A stretch of 64,000 bases of DNA from Dehalococcoidia bacterium (lineage in GTDB: Bacteria; Chloroflexota; Dehalococcoidia; GIF9; UBA5629): positions 480,001-544,000 of the forward strand of contig JBEKIW010000001.1 in the NCBI GenBank assembly GCA_050011565.1. The letters run 5' to 3'. A program made the translations under genes and the position numbers. The notes beneath the pieces are model-generated. The model was not told the DNA's origin, did no database searches, and saw only the letters and a program-made list of their open reading frames with translations. This document shows, piece by piece, positions 18,355 to 28,511 of this stretch (position 1 is its first letter; each line of letters starts with the position of its first letter).

Positions 18355-19248
18355 TTAAGGTGGTGTCACACTTACTGAAATCTGATAACCCTCTTTTGCA
18401 CCATTCTGAACCAATACATCGAAATCCCGAACCTCACCAGGCTTAAATGCTGCAGGTTGCAAGTCGATAGATCCTGGCTGATTAAATGTCCTACCCTCCA
18501 ACCCTTCTACTTCGTATTGTACCCAGATGGTTACATCAAGAGATGCTTGTGTAACTTCACCTGTGTTCTTAACTTTCCCACGAACATAAGTAAAAGTACC
18601 AGCTGGTGGATGCTGCTCAATTACTAGACGGTGCTCAATTATTTGAATCTCTGATTTTGATAGAGGCGCAATTTTCGTGAAGTGGGCAACCAAATCCTTG
18701 TTTGAGTCCATAGTTACGTTAATAACCAGCGATATGTCTGTAGAAGCACCACTCCAATGACTAAATGTGTAGCCGCTCGATGGGCTAGCCGTTACGCTTA
18801 TCTGTTCGCCTTGCTGGTACTGACCACTTGATGGAGATACAGAACCAGCACCAGAAGGGTTGACACTTGTACTGAGAGCGAAGGTAGCCGGAGGAAGTGT
18901 TCCTGCTGGGGGCGAGGGCTGAGCTGTAGAAGGAGGGGTGCTAGGTGCAGTACCTTGCGAAGTCATGCCAACAGCACAGGCTATTCCACCTATCAAAAGG
19001 ACGAGCGTCATCACGCCAAGACCCACGATAAGCCACGGACTCTTCTTTTTGCGCTGGTTTTCTATCTGCTGGCCATAGCCAGCTTGCTGCTGATGCGCCT
19101 GCCAACCAACTGATTGTTGCTGATATTGTGATGGAGGTTGGGGTTGCTGTTGCGCTGGCCAATTTAGCTGTGTTCTGCAATGACCGCAGAACCTGACCCC
19201 AAAAGCAACTGGAGCACCACAGTTAGGACACTGATACCACTGCTGCAT
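18355..19248 (-). CDS. Zinc-ribbon / TM / InlB B-repeat-like surface protein
   Basis: N-terminal CPNC..CGHC, Q-rich linker, one TM helix, and a P.GAGSVSP..G.Y..G...A.P..GYTF.HWSG repeat domain. Confidence 0.7.
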   Translation of the reverse strand: MQQWYQCPNCGAPVAFGVRFCGHCRTQLNWPAQQQPQPPSQYQQQSVGWQAHQQQAGYGQQIENQRKKKSPWLIVGLGVMTLVLLIGGIACAVGMTSQGTAPSTPPSTAQPSPPAGTLPPATFALSTSVNPSGAGSVSPSSGQYQQGEQISVTASPSSGYTFSHWSGASTDISLVINVTMDSNKDLVAHFTKIAPLSKSEIQIIEHRLVIEQHPPAGTFTYVRGKVKNTGEVTQASLDVTIWVQYEVEGLEGRTFNQPGSIDLQPAAFKPGEVRDFDVLVQNGAKEGYQISVSVTPP

Positions 19249-19451
19249 CTCACCACCTACTCATTGATATTCCCAAGCTGTATTATAGACAATTCTCATC
19301 AGCCAGTAAATAGTATGAAACGACAAAGCATTAAAACTGAACTTTTCGCCCTTTTGTTTATGCATTTGTCACATTGGAGCTGGCCGGATACTTTTATTAA
19401 TTATTTCTTGAGAAATATTTGAGCTCATATTGAACAAGCCGCTAGATGTCT

Positions 19452-19538
19452 CTGGAATCGTTGCGCCAGCCGGTTGAGGACAAGGTAATTACCATCAGCC
19501 GTGCCCAGGGCAGCGTCACCTTTCCGGCCAACTTAATG
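19452..19538 (+). pseudogene. comM: Internal fragment of comM/yifB (Mg-chelatase-like ATPase)
   Basis: Translates to LESLRQPVEDKVITISRAQGSVTFPANLM, matching the conserved LE.LRQPLE...V.ISRA.....FPA ComM block. No start codon or remainder. Confidence 0.8.
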
Positions 19539-19570
19539 CCCGTCTTTCAAGGTCTATAAACCCTCATCTT
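19533..19570 (+). repeat. 38-bp imperfect direct repeat, copy 1
   Basis: TTAATGCCCGTCTTTCAAGGTCTATAAACCCTCATCTT; 34/38 identical to 22055-22092. Confidence 0.8.
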
Positions 19571-19852
19571 CACGAACTAAAGGCTATACACGATATTCTT
19601 ACAAAGCGTTAGTAAAGATTCTGCTACTAAAGCGCCAGTTTATATGCTACTTTCCAGGTAACGTAGTTATAGCGAACGTCGCTCTGTCACATGCTCCTAT
19701 CACGTGAGTGTCGAGCAGTGGATTAATCGGCCACCTGATTAAAGTCCTCTGGTATCCACGCGTACTGCTGCAAAAAATGGAGTAGAGAGTATTTTATTCT
19801 GGTTTGGGTGTATAATTGAGGCATAAAATCAATATTGTAGAGCTATGACCAC

Positions 19853-21283
19853 ATGGTTTTTAACATAACAGTCAAGAATTTCAAATCGATATCCTCTATT
19901 GACTTGGCACTCAAAGAAGGTTTGAACATTCTGATTGGCCCTAACGGGTCAGGTAAGACTTGCATACTCACTTCACTAAAATTCGTGCGTGATTTGTTTG
20001 TATTAGGGGCCGCACAAGCGACGGCAAGAAATGGAGGAGCCACACGTATATTCCGAAGAGGAGAGGATACAGTCTCATTCTCCATAGAACACGATTATGG
20101 TGACAGAGTATATCGAAAACGAAAATGGCCATGCACATTCTCTTGGAGAGTTGAGATTTCTCAGATGGGGCCAGAGAAGATTGCCGCCATAAAGTGTGAG
20201 GACGTGAGTATATATGCTAATGTGCGAGGCAAGCAAAAGCTTCTATTTCGCTTGAATGTTGACCGAGGAAATCCACAAAGCACTAAAACAATACTGCACC
20301 TATCTGAACCCCATGAATTCGGGCGTGACCTATTCTCACGGTGGAATAGGATGTTTTCATCCAAGTCAAAGAAAGACATACATAGTGAATTTGAGGAAAG
20401 AATGCTGCGGCTTATTATTAGACGGGCAAGAGTACGACCAGATGAGTCCGTGTTTCCACTCATTATGAGATTTGATGACAAACTTCAACATTTATATAAC
20501 CTCTTCTTCTATCTTAATGAATATAATATTCACCCTGATACCGCGCGACAATCCGCAGAGCGTCTGCCTTTCGCTAAAATGCAGCCAAATGGAGATGGGG
20601 TAGCTGAAGTAATCGACGCATTGGAGAAGAGGAGCTTTGATAGAATAGAGTTGGCCCGATATTATGGTATGGAAAGCTTTATGGGTTACGATTACCCCAT
20701 GACTGATTTTCCATATTATGCATACCCTCATCGTTATGATTACAGATTTCGGAGATACACTCCTACGGAACTGCAGAGAGTCTACAAACAGGCCTTCGAA
20801 AACATTAACAAGGAATTATCTGCAGCAGTAAAACCTATTGAAAGTGTAAGTGTTAAGATAGATGAGACTAACGGCAAGCGATTCGTCGTCTTTCGGGCAG
20901 GCAAGGAAACATTTTATCCGCAGGAAGTTTCTGACGGAACCATAAAATGGTTGTGTATTTTGGTTAGCATTTTTGTTCCATATTCCTCGGTTTATATACT
21001 CGAGGAGCCGGAGAACTTCCTTCACCCTTGGATGCAGCAACGATTAATCAGCATGATGCGAGAACATGCGAAGATAAACAATGCTATTTTCGTACTGGCA
21101 TCTCACTCGTCTACAGTACTCAATTCGGCGTTTGCCGAAGAGGTTCTTATTGTAAGTCAAACCAAGGATGGTACGAAAATCAACGAAATTGCTGATAAAG
21201 AAGAAATAGAGCGTGTTCTTCTGGAATCTGACTTCCGTCTTGGTGATTTCTGGGTAAGTGGCGCATTAGGTGGAGTTCCTTAG
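19853..21283 (+). CDS. ABC/AAA_21-type ATPase (defence-associated)
   Basis: NFKSI, Walker A GPNGSGKT, SDGT signature, Walker B LEEPENFLHP and SHS H-loop. Confidence 0.88.
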   Translation: MVFNITVKNFKSISSIDLALKEGLNILIGPNGSGKTCILTSLKFVRDLFVLGAAQATARNGGATRIFRRGEDTVSFSIEHDYGDRVYRKRKWPCTFSWRVEISQMGPEKIAAIKCEDVSIYANVRGKQKLLFRLNVDRGNPQSTKTILHLSEPHEFGRDLFSRWNRMFSSKSKKDIHSEFEERMLRLIIRRARVRPDESVFPLIMRFDDKLQHLYNLFFYLNEYNIHPDTARQSAERLPFAKMQPNGDGVAEVIDALEKRSFDRIELARYYGMESFMGYDYPMTDFPYYAYPHRYDYRFRRYTPTELQRVYKQAFENINKELSAAVKPIESVSVKIDETNGKRFVVFRAGKETFYPQEVSDGTIKWLCILVSIFVPYSSVYILEEPENFLHPWMQQRLISMMREHAKINNAIFVLASHSSTVLNSAFAEEVLIVSQTKDGTKINEIADKEEIERVLLESDFRLGDFWVSGALGGVP

Positions 21284-21284
21284 C

Positions 21285-21842
21285 ATGCGTAAGGTTGGCG
21301 TTATTGTAGATGGGCAAGGTGATTATAACAGTCTAAAGGCTCGATTTGTAGAAAATTGTAGGATTCTAAAGACAGACGGGCCGAGAAGCCATACTACTCC
21401 CATTGAAGCTATTGTGTTAGGTTCTCGCAAACAAATCTCCATGCTCAGGGCTTGCGGTTGCAACAAAGTAGTAATCCTAACTGATTTTGAAATGAGAACG
21501 GATGACTATGATCACTTCGTTGCTACGTTAAGAAGCCGATTAACTGCTCAGTATGCTGGAAATCGAGTCACTGCAGCTGTCCCAAATAGGATGATAGAAA
21601 ACTGGTATCTAGCTGATATTGAACAGTTGTCGAGTCAGAAATCCTTTATCATGAACAATTTAAGGCAGAAGAATTACGAAGGTTCGAATGGCAAAGATGA
21701 GCTTAAGAAGTGTTTTACAGGCAAACACTCATATAGCGAAACAATACACGGCCCCCAAATGTTCGAGATTCTCAGATTTCACATAGCAAGGCGTAACAGT
21801 GGCTCCCTGCATGACTTTCTTCTGATACTTGAAGGAAACTGA
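21285..21842 (+). CDS. DUF4276/TOPRIM-like partner of the ATPase
   Basis: IVDGQGD, ILTDFE and IENWYLAD motifs; starts immediately after the ATPase stop. Confidence 0.7.
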   Translation: MRKVGVIVDGQGDYNSLKARFVENCRILKTDGPRSHTTPIEAIVLGSRKQISMLRACGCNKVVILTDFEMRTDDYDHFVATLRSRLTAQYAGNRVTAAVPNRMIENWYLADIEQLSSQKSFIMNNLRQKNYEGSNGKDELKKCFTGKHSYSETIHGPQMFEILRFHIARRNSGSLHDFLLILEGN

Positions 21843-22054
21843 TAGTAAAGTAACCTGCTGGATTTGTCGTGTGACGCTAGTGCATATTGTCCGGCGCTGA
21901 GCACCTGAGTAAGGCCGCAAAACTAAAGATTCCTCCCACCATGCTTACGGCCCTACCTAATATTGGTACTCTTTGGCCTATCATCTTAATAGCTGCACTA
22001 GTATCGCGGCTATATATGTATTGATTTTGTTGCTACGTAGGCTTTCTTAATCAG

Positions 22055-22092
22055 TTAATGCCAGTATTTCAAAGTCTATAAACCCTTATCTT
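22055..22092 (+). repeat. 38-bp imperfect direct repeat, copy 2
   Basis: TTAATGCCAGTATTTCAAAGTCTATAAACCCTTATCTT. Confidence 0.8.
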
Positions 22093-22330
22093 TCCTTGTT
22101 TTGCCCATTCCCTATTATGTTGAATGTGGCTTCGCGTTCCAACATGGAACCCCAGCAGCAACATACCAGTCATTGCAAACAACCAATACTAGTACTAAGA
22201 TAGCGACATAACAACACTGCTCAGGAGGTGAAGAATGGGGAAAATGAAGGCAGTTATCCAAGCACTCTCAAACATGAATGTATCACGAATACTCGCGTCT
22301 ACACAAACCGCTATTTTGTGACATTCACGT

Positions 22331-22474
22331 TTATCGTCCTGTCATCAGGTACCACAGGGCTTGGAGCGGTTTCAGCTTGATGAATGGTGGGGGTACCTCC
22401 AGCTGGATTTTCTCGGCTACGGGGGAGGTGTTGATTCGGTCAACCTCCCGCCAGATAATGCGTTTGTCACTCAT
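22331..22474 (-). CDS. Small hypothetical protein (47 aa)
   Basis: SD AGAGG + ATG 22474 directly downstream of the UDG-like gene. Confidence 0.4.
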   Translation of the reverse strand: MSDKRIIWREVDRINTSPVAEKIQLEVPPPFIKLKPLQALWYLMTGR

Positions 22475-22509
22475 AATCTTTTCCTCTAAGTTGAGATTGA
22501 GGATGCCTC

Positions 22510-23301
22510 TTATTTTAACTGCTTGTTTCGTTTGCATCCTTCAAATGTGTTCTTGTAGCAGAAGATGAGCATCTTCCTTGAATCGCTCAGCTTTTGTCTT
22601 TCAAGGCGCTTCTTAGACTTCGTAATAGCCCACTCGGTGCCGGCTTCGGATAGAAGCGCGCTGGCGAAGTCTTTAAGGTCTTTTTCAGTAACGTTTCGCT
22701 TAAACTCTTTGAACTCAGGTTTTCTTCCAGCAACGAATTCCTTTCGGGCTCTGGTATTCCTGTCTGAGTGGTGTAACAGATATACAGGCTTATAGTCAAA
22801 TTTACCCTGAACCCGTTTCTGGGTCAGAAAGTCAGCCACATCTCTGCCGATCGCAAACACTGTCGCATCTTCCCTGGCCACCAGCTTCAGCTCCTTTTCA
22901 AGCAACGGAAACCACCCCTCCCAGCGTTCTTTACGGCCATGCTTTGCCCTTTTCACCGGCATCGCGCCTTTGGACATGTCAGTGATGTAATAGGTCTGTC
23001 CTTCTGTGCACAGATACTTCTTAGCACAATAGTGTAAGATGCAGACCCCAAGGCTGCCAGGCATGAAGCTTCGGTATCCCTTGTTGACTGCTGCCTCCCC
23101 ACCTTTTCGCTTTGGAGTACTCCCTGCCCATTTCGTCGTTAGAGAAGGCTCCATTGCAATGAAAATGTAATCTGCCTGACAACTGGGCCTGATGAACGGT
23201 GGCACATAGACGGTATCCTTGCATTTGTCTCGGTCCCGTTTTACTTCTTTCTCGAAGCACTCCTCCAACTCTTCATACTGCTTTACGAAATCTGGCATCA
23301 T
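22510..23301 (-). CDS. Uracil-DNA-glycosylase-superfamily-like protein
   Basis: FIAMEPS (motif A-like), YITDMSK, E.KLV...VFAIG and LLHHS (motif B-like); SD AAGGGGG before ATG 23301. Confidence 0.6.
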   Translation of the reverse strand: MMPDFVKQYEELEECFEKEVKRDRDKCKDTVYVPPFIRPSCQADYIFIAMEPSLTTKWAGSTPKRKGGEAAVNKGYRSFMPGSLGVCILHYCAKKYLCTEGQTYYITDMSKGAMPVKRAKHGRKERWEGWFPLLEKELKLVAREDATVFAIGRDVADFLTQKRVQGKFDYKPVYLLHHSDRNTRARKEFVAGRKPEFKEFKRNVTEKDLKDFASALLSEAGTEWAITKSKKRLERQKLSDSRKMLIFCYKNTFEGCKRNKQLK

Positions 23302-23693
23302 AACCCCCTTTTCGTTTCTTAAGTCCATTTTATTATATCATTTGAGGTTTTCATTTTAGCTTCAAAGCAAATATGGAATATATGAATAATTTCAGCTGAT
23401 TCTGAAGCTGACATGGTGACCTGCTCCCAACAAATATATATTTGCTAAATCAGCCTCACTAGCATAATAGCATCAGGAGTAGGCGGTCGATAATTGAGTT
23501 CACTATGTGAGTTCCTGTTCAATAGATGGGAATTGCACGATAGTCAGTATTGTTGCCTAACTCCACAGCTGCCAATAATGGCTACGTTTTTGTCCGGGGT
23601 GCGTTGTGCCTCTTTATTTTCGTTATCCTTGACATGTCTACGCAATTTGATTATGCTCAAATTGGCGGCGTTCGATTCGGTTAAGTTGGGGCA

Positions 23694-26600
23694 ATGATGA
23701 CTCTAAATATTAAACCCGGTCATAAATCGGTCAAAGCATACTATGAAGCTATCAGTAGCCTCTCTGACCTTGGTGTGGCACATGAAGGCGCTGTATCACC
23801 GGCTTTTGCCTCATTAATTCGCCATTGCGCCGGTCAATTCGACCAGACACTCATTGAGAAGTACCCCTTTAAAACTGGCACGCATACCAAATTTGTTGAT
23901 GGCGCTCTGGTCGACACGTTCAACCTTGTGCATGGCTATTGGGAGGCAAAGGATACCAGCGATGACCTCGACAAAGAAATAAAGAAAAAGTTTGATGCTG
24001 GCTATCCTAAGAATAACATACTTTTTCAAGCACCAGACCGTATTGTTGTATGGCAAGATGGACAAAAGGTCTTTGATGAGGATATCTCTAAGCCAGAACT
24101 TCTCATAGAAGGTCTAAAAGTCTTCTTCGAATACGAGGCACCTGCCTTTGAGCAGTGGCAGAAGGCTGTCGAAGAATTCAAACTCAAAGTACAAGAATTA
24201 GCCACCGGCTTGCTTGGACTCATCGAAAAGGAACGCCAAACCAACAGCCTTTTTATTCAGGCATTCAACGATTTTGTTCAACTCTGCCAGGAGACCATTA
24301 ATCCCAATATCTCAATTCAGGCTGTAGAGGAGATGCTTATTCAACACCTACTTACCGAGCGCATTTTCCGCAAAGTCTTTAATAACCCCGATTTCGTTGA
24401 ACGAAATGTCATAGCCCATGAAATTGAAAAAGTCATCTCAGCTCTGACATCGCAATACTTTAGCCGCAACGAGTTCCTCAAGCCGCTTGACCGCTTCTAT
24501 GTCGCTATTGAGACGACCGCGGCCACTATCGACGATTTCTCCCAGAAGCAGAGCTTCCTTAACACGGTTTATGAAAAGTTCTTCCAGGGCTTCTCAGTCA
24601 AAGTGGCTGACACACACGGCATAGTCTATACTCCGCAGCCCATCGTGAAATTTATAGTCAAATCCGTAGAGCATATCCTGCAAAAAGAGTTTGGGCGTTC
24701 TCTCTCCGATCAGGGGGTGCATATTATTGACCCATTCGTCGGCACCGGCAATTTCATTTTGTGGGTTATGCGGGAGATGCAGCGCTCAAGATTACCCTAC
24801 AAGTATGTCAGTGAGCTCCACTGCAACGAGGTCATGCTTCTGCCCTACTACATCGCCTCGATGAATATTGAGCATGAGTATTATGAGGCTACAGGAAACT
24901 ACCAGCCGTTTGAGGGAATCTGCCTTGTTGATACCTTTGACCTTGCTAAAGTAAAGCAACTCTCGTTTTTTACTAAAGAGAACACTGCGAGAGTTAAGCG
25001 GCAGCAGAGTACACCCATTTTCGTCATCATTGGCAATCCGCCTTATAACGCCGGACAGGTAAACGAAAATGATAACAACAAGAATCGTAAATACGAGGAA
25101 ATAGATAGGCGTGTTTCACAAACCTATGGAAAGGGTTCAAAAGCCACTTTACTCAGAAAATTGAACGACCCCTACGTTAAAGCTATACGCTGGGCATCGG
25201 ACAGAATCGGTGACGAAGGAATAGTAGCCTTTGTGACCAATAATAGCTTTGTAAATGAAATTACTTTCGACAGTATGAGAAAGTGTTTAGAAGAGGATTT
25301 CAATTCCATTCATATTTTAGATTTAGGTGGCAATACTCGTAAGAACCCGAAGCTATCCGGCACCACTCACAATGTCTTCGGCATTCAAGTAGGGGTAAGT
25401 CTTAATCTCTTTGTGAAGATGAAAAGTAAATTGCCCAAGAAGGCCAAGATATATTATGCCCGGGTCGATGAACTCTGGCGCAAAGAACAGAAGTACGATT
25501 TCCTTAATGAGAAGCAGTACTTTACCAATGTGCAATGGAAAGAAGTCATACCTGACAGAAACCATACTTGGCTAACCGAAGGCTTACGAAGTGACTTTGA
25601 AACATTCATGCCGGTGGCAAAACCGAAGGTAAAAGCGGGCGGACCTGAATCATTTTCTATATTCAATACTGTTTCGCCCGGTGTTAACACCGCCCGTGAT
25701 GCACTGGTTTACCATTTTAACAGGCAAAGTCTTGAGAAGAGCGCACAACAATTTGGCGATTATTATAACTCGGAAGTGTACCGCTATATCCAAAAAAATA
25801 AACCCCAAGATATTGATAGCTTCGTGAATTACGACCATATTAAATGGAGCAGAAATCTAAAACGGCATTTGAAGAATACCGATACATTCAATTTTGATAG
25901 ACAACGTATCCGTGCAAGCCTTTACAGGCCATTTACTAAGCTGTATCTGTATTATGCAGATATCATAGTGGATGAACCTGGTATCCATGAACGATTGTTC
26001 CCCCTTCATTCTGTAGATGAAAACCATGTGATTTGTGTGAACCTGTCTGGTGAAAAGCCATTTTGCTGCTTGATGTCAAATGTAATTCCGAACTTCGTCA
26101 TGTGTGGTGGTTTCGGCGCAGCTACCGCGTGCTTCCCCTTGTTCACGTACTCGGAAGATAGCACTAACCGGCAGGACAACATAACAGATTGGGCACTAAT
26201 TCAATTTCAAGAGCACTACCAAGACAACCATATTTCAAAGCTGGATATATTCCACTATATCTATGCTGTCCTACATCACCCTCAGTACCGTGAGAAATAT
26301 GCGGCCAATTTGAAACGCGAGCTGCCGCGCATACCTTTTGCCCCCGATTTCTGGGAATTCGCCAAGGCTGGGAAGCAGCTCGCAGAGCTTCATATAAACT
26401 ATGAAGGACAAACCGAATACCCGCTTACCTGGTTAGAAAATAAAGATGCTAAGGTAAATTATCGTGTAGAGAGAATGACCCTGTCCAAGGACAAAACGCA
26501 TATTGTCTACAATGACTTTCTCACTTTGGATGGTATCCCTCCGGAGGTTTTTGAATACCGTTTGGGCAACCGCTCTGCTCTCGATTGGATTATTGACCAG

Positions 26601-26750
26601 TATCAAATAAGTACCGATAAAAGAAGTGGCATAGTCAATGACCCAAACAGGGTCGACGACTCCCAGTACATCATACGTCTTATTGGTAAAGTAGTTTCGG
26701 TTAGCTTGAACACTGTTAAGATAGTTAATTCTTTACCCGGACTCTTTTAG
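23694..26750 (+). CDS. Single-chain restriction-modification enzyme (type IIG / ISP-like N6-adenine MTase with C-terminal specificity domain)
   Basis: N-terminal DG...WEAK nuclease motif, G..YTP, DPFVGTGNF, NPPY, and LlaBIII-like YRPF / LPRIP C-terminus. No helicase motifs. Confidence 0.88.
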   Translation: MMTLNIKPGHKSVKAYYEAISSLSDLGVAHEGAVSPAFASLIRHCAGQFDQTLIEKYPFKTGTHTKFVDGALVDTFNLVHGYWEAKDTSDDLDKEIKKKFDAGYPKNNILFQAPDRIVVWQDGQKVFDEDISKPELLIEGLKVFFEYEAPAFEQWQKAVEEFKLKVQELATGLLGLIEKERQTNSLFIQAFNDFVQLCQETINPNISIQAVEEMLIQHLLTERIFRKVFNNPDFVERNVIAHEIEKVISALTSQYFSRNEFLKPLDRFYVAIETTAATIDDFSQKQSFLNTVYEKFFQGFSVKVADTHGIVYTPQPIVKFIVKSVEHILQKEFGRSLSDQGVHIIDPFVGTGNFILWVMREMQRSRLPYKYVSELHCNEVMLLPYYIASMNIEHEYYEATGNYQPFEGICLVDTFDLAKVKQLSFFTKENTARVKRQQSTPIFVIIGNPPYNAGQVNENDNNKNRKYEEIDRRVSQTYGKGSKATLLRKLNDPYVKAIRWASDRIGDEGIVAFVTNNSFVNEITFDSMRKCLEEDFNSIHILDLGGNTRKNPKLSGTTHNVFGIQVGVSLNLFVKMKSKLPKKAKIYYARVDELWRKEQKYDFLNEKQYFTNVQWKEVIPDRNHTWLTEGLRSDFETFMPVAKPKVKAGGPESFSIFNTVSPGVNTARDALVYHFNRQSLEKSAQQFGDYYNSEVYRYIQKNKPQDIDSFVNYDHIKWSRNLKRHLKNTDTFNFDRQRIRASLYRPFTKLYLYYADIIVDEPGIHERLFPLHSVDENHVICVNLSGEKPFCCLMSNVIPNFVMCGGFGAATACFPLFTYSEDSTNRQDNITDWALIQFQEHYQDNHISKLDIFHYIYAVLHHPQYREKYAANLKRELPRIPFAPDFWEFAKAGKQLAELHINYEGQTEYPLTWLENKDAKVNYRVERMTLSKDKTHIVYNDFLTLDGIPPEVFEYRLGNRSALDWIIDQYQISTDKRSGIVNDPNRVDDSQYIIRLIGKVVSVSLNTVKIVNSLPGLF

Positions 26751-26834
26751 TAACTTCATAATGAGGAGGTGGATAAGATTGTGGCAACATGAAGTCGAGC
26801 AATATTAAATTGCATATTTAGGAGGGTCCCTTCA

Positions 26835-28301
26835 ATGCCGAAAGAAGAAAGACGTATATTAACTGAGGAAGAGAAAAAAGAGCTACTTGAAAAACACAAA
26901 AATTGCTATATCTGCAATGACCCGCTAGAAGGCTACAACAGAGAGGAAATTCAATTTGACCACATTTACAGCTATGGTGATGGTTATCCGCAGGACTTGA
27001 GTAACTTTGCCCCGGTACATGCATCACCGGATGAACGGAAACTTAATTGCCACGCTGCAAAGGGTAGAAAGACGCCTATTGATTATCGAGAGGAAGTGAG
27101 AATTAAAAGGTGCCTCAAGAGCGTACAAGGTTTTGCGGATTTATGCCCATCTGCAGTTCCGTCTGTTTACTCTATATCAACAGATAATAGAACAATAACG
27201 TTCAACGGTGTCCAGTTACCATTGTACAACCAGAAGATTGGAGTTAAGGATCACTATTATTTTTTTCACGAAATAGAAACGAAATACATTGAGAATGATA
27301 ACGAAATCCAGCTGCGGCCTCTTGATGATAATAAAATACTACCCCTTATATTTAACCTCAAATCATCGACTCAACTTTTGCCTTCTCTTACTCGCCTCGA
27401 CCCGGATACAAAAACCCTTAAGCTTTTCGATGGTCAACACAAGGCTGTGGCCCAAATGATCGGAAATAACAAAGACCGCATATCCTGCTTAGTATTTGTT
27501 TCCCCTGATGTCAATGCTCTGCGAGTAACGGTATATGAGGCACACACTGATTTTGTTCAGCAACGCTATAAGAAATCACACATTGATGCCAAGCTAGCCG
27601 ACATATATGGACAAAAAATTGAGGCTTTTAGGAAAAGGTGTGGTGACCCACAGGCCCCATATTCTGAGGCAGATATTCTCAGCGGCGAATCCGTCCCAGC
27701 CATCAGAAGCTTTATACTCTCTTCCATCCTTAAAGAAATCAACATCGAGACGGATATCATTCGTTTGTATGGTGCTGAAAGTCGCACTGATCAGAAGCAA
27801 CAACCTATTCTGTGGCAGAGCATTGAAAGATTCATTTCAAAATTCTGTAATCTCTCAGCGGTAGGGGACTTATCTGAAAGTGATACTAATTACCGATCAG
27901 ACGAAATTGATAATTTGATTTTTCTTTTAAGACTAATCGAAGAATACGCAATTACGGACAAGTGGGACCCTAATAATCCAACATCTAAGCACCATAAAAT
28001 GTCGCGAACCTTCTTCTATCGAACGGCATTCAATAATTGGCTCAACACATTAGAGGAAGGGCTTCGGTTTAGCCTTGAGCAGATGAGAGGCAGTAAAGTT
28101 TATGGCTCACTTTGTTATCGACCAAGTTTCCCTCCCGAAGTGCGTAGTAGGTTTAGTGCCATAGCTAAACGCTTGTTCGACCATCCTCTATGGGTTCAAG
28201 AAGCTATACAAGACGAAATTGCGAAAACGAACCAGGATGTTGTAGTAACAAACATCTTTATGCGTGAGGGTTTAGACTACATTTACATAACCAAGCTATG
28301 A
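26835..28301 (+). CDS. HNH endonuclease fused to a ParB/DndB-like DGQH domain
   Basis: CYIC...FDHI...NFAPVH...NCH..KG followed by Q.RPL...KLFDGQHKA. Confidence 0.7.
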   Translation: MPKEERRILTEEEKKELLEKHKNCYICNDPLEGYNREEIQFDHIYSYGDGYPQDLSNFAPVHASPDERKLNCHAAKGRKTPIDYREEVRIKRCLKSVQGFADLCPSAVPSVYSISTDNRTITFNGVQLPLYNQKIGVKDHYYFFHEIETKYIENDNEIQLRPLDDNKILPLIFNLKSSTQLLPSLTRLDPDTKTLKLFDGQHKAVAQMIGNNKDRISCLVFVSPDVNALRVTVYEAHTDFVQQRYKKSHIDAKLADIYGQKIEAFRKRCGDPQAPYSEADILSGESVPAIRSFILSSILKEINIETDIIRLYGAESRTDQKQQPILWQSIERFISKFCNLSAVGDLSESDTNYRSDEIDNLIFLLRLIEEYAITDKWDPNNPTSKHHKMSRTFFYRTAFNNWLNTLEEGLRFSLEQMRGSKVYGSLCYRPSFPPEVRSRFSAIAKRLFDHPLWVQEAIQDEIAKTNQDVVVTNIFMREGLDYIYITKL

Positions 28302-28511
28302 GGATGCCTATACGATGTCTTATCTCCATCCTCGTACTTCTACGGCTGAACATTCCGTCATCCTGTTTAACACGTGTCGGGATATTGGTATTGCGTACAT
28401 AGAACCTCAGTGCTACAATCCGAGTGAAATAAACCTAGTAGAGGTCGTTCGGCAGACCATGATGGGGCAACCAACAATAAGTAACCGTTTTGCAATTTAC
28501 GACCACATTTA

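Noticed and set aside
22235-22321. Functional serine recombinase gene
   Set aside because: Only 28 codons, with similarity limited to MKAVI; kept only as weak support for a relic.
23694-26750. Complete type ISP (helicase-containing) R-M enzyme
   Set aside because: No Walker A/DEAH helicase motifs, and it is too short.
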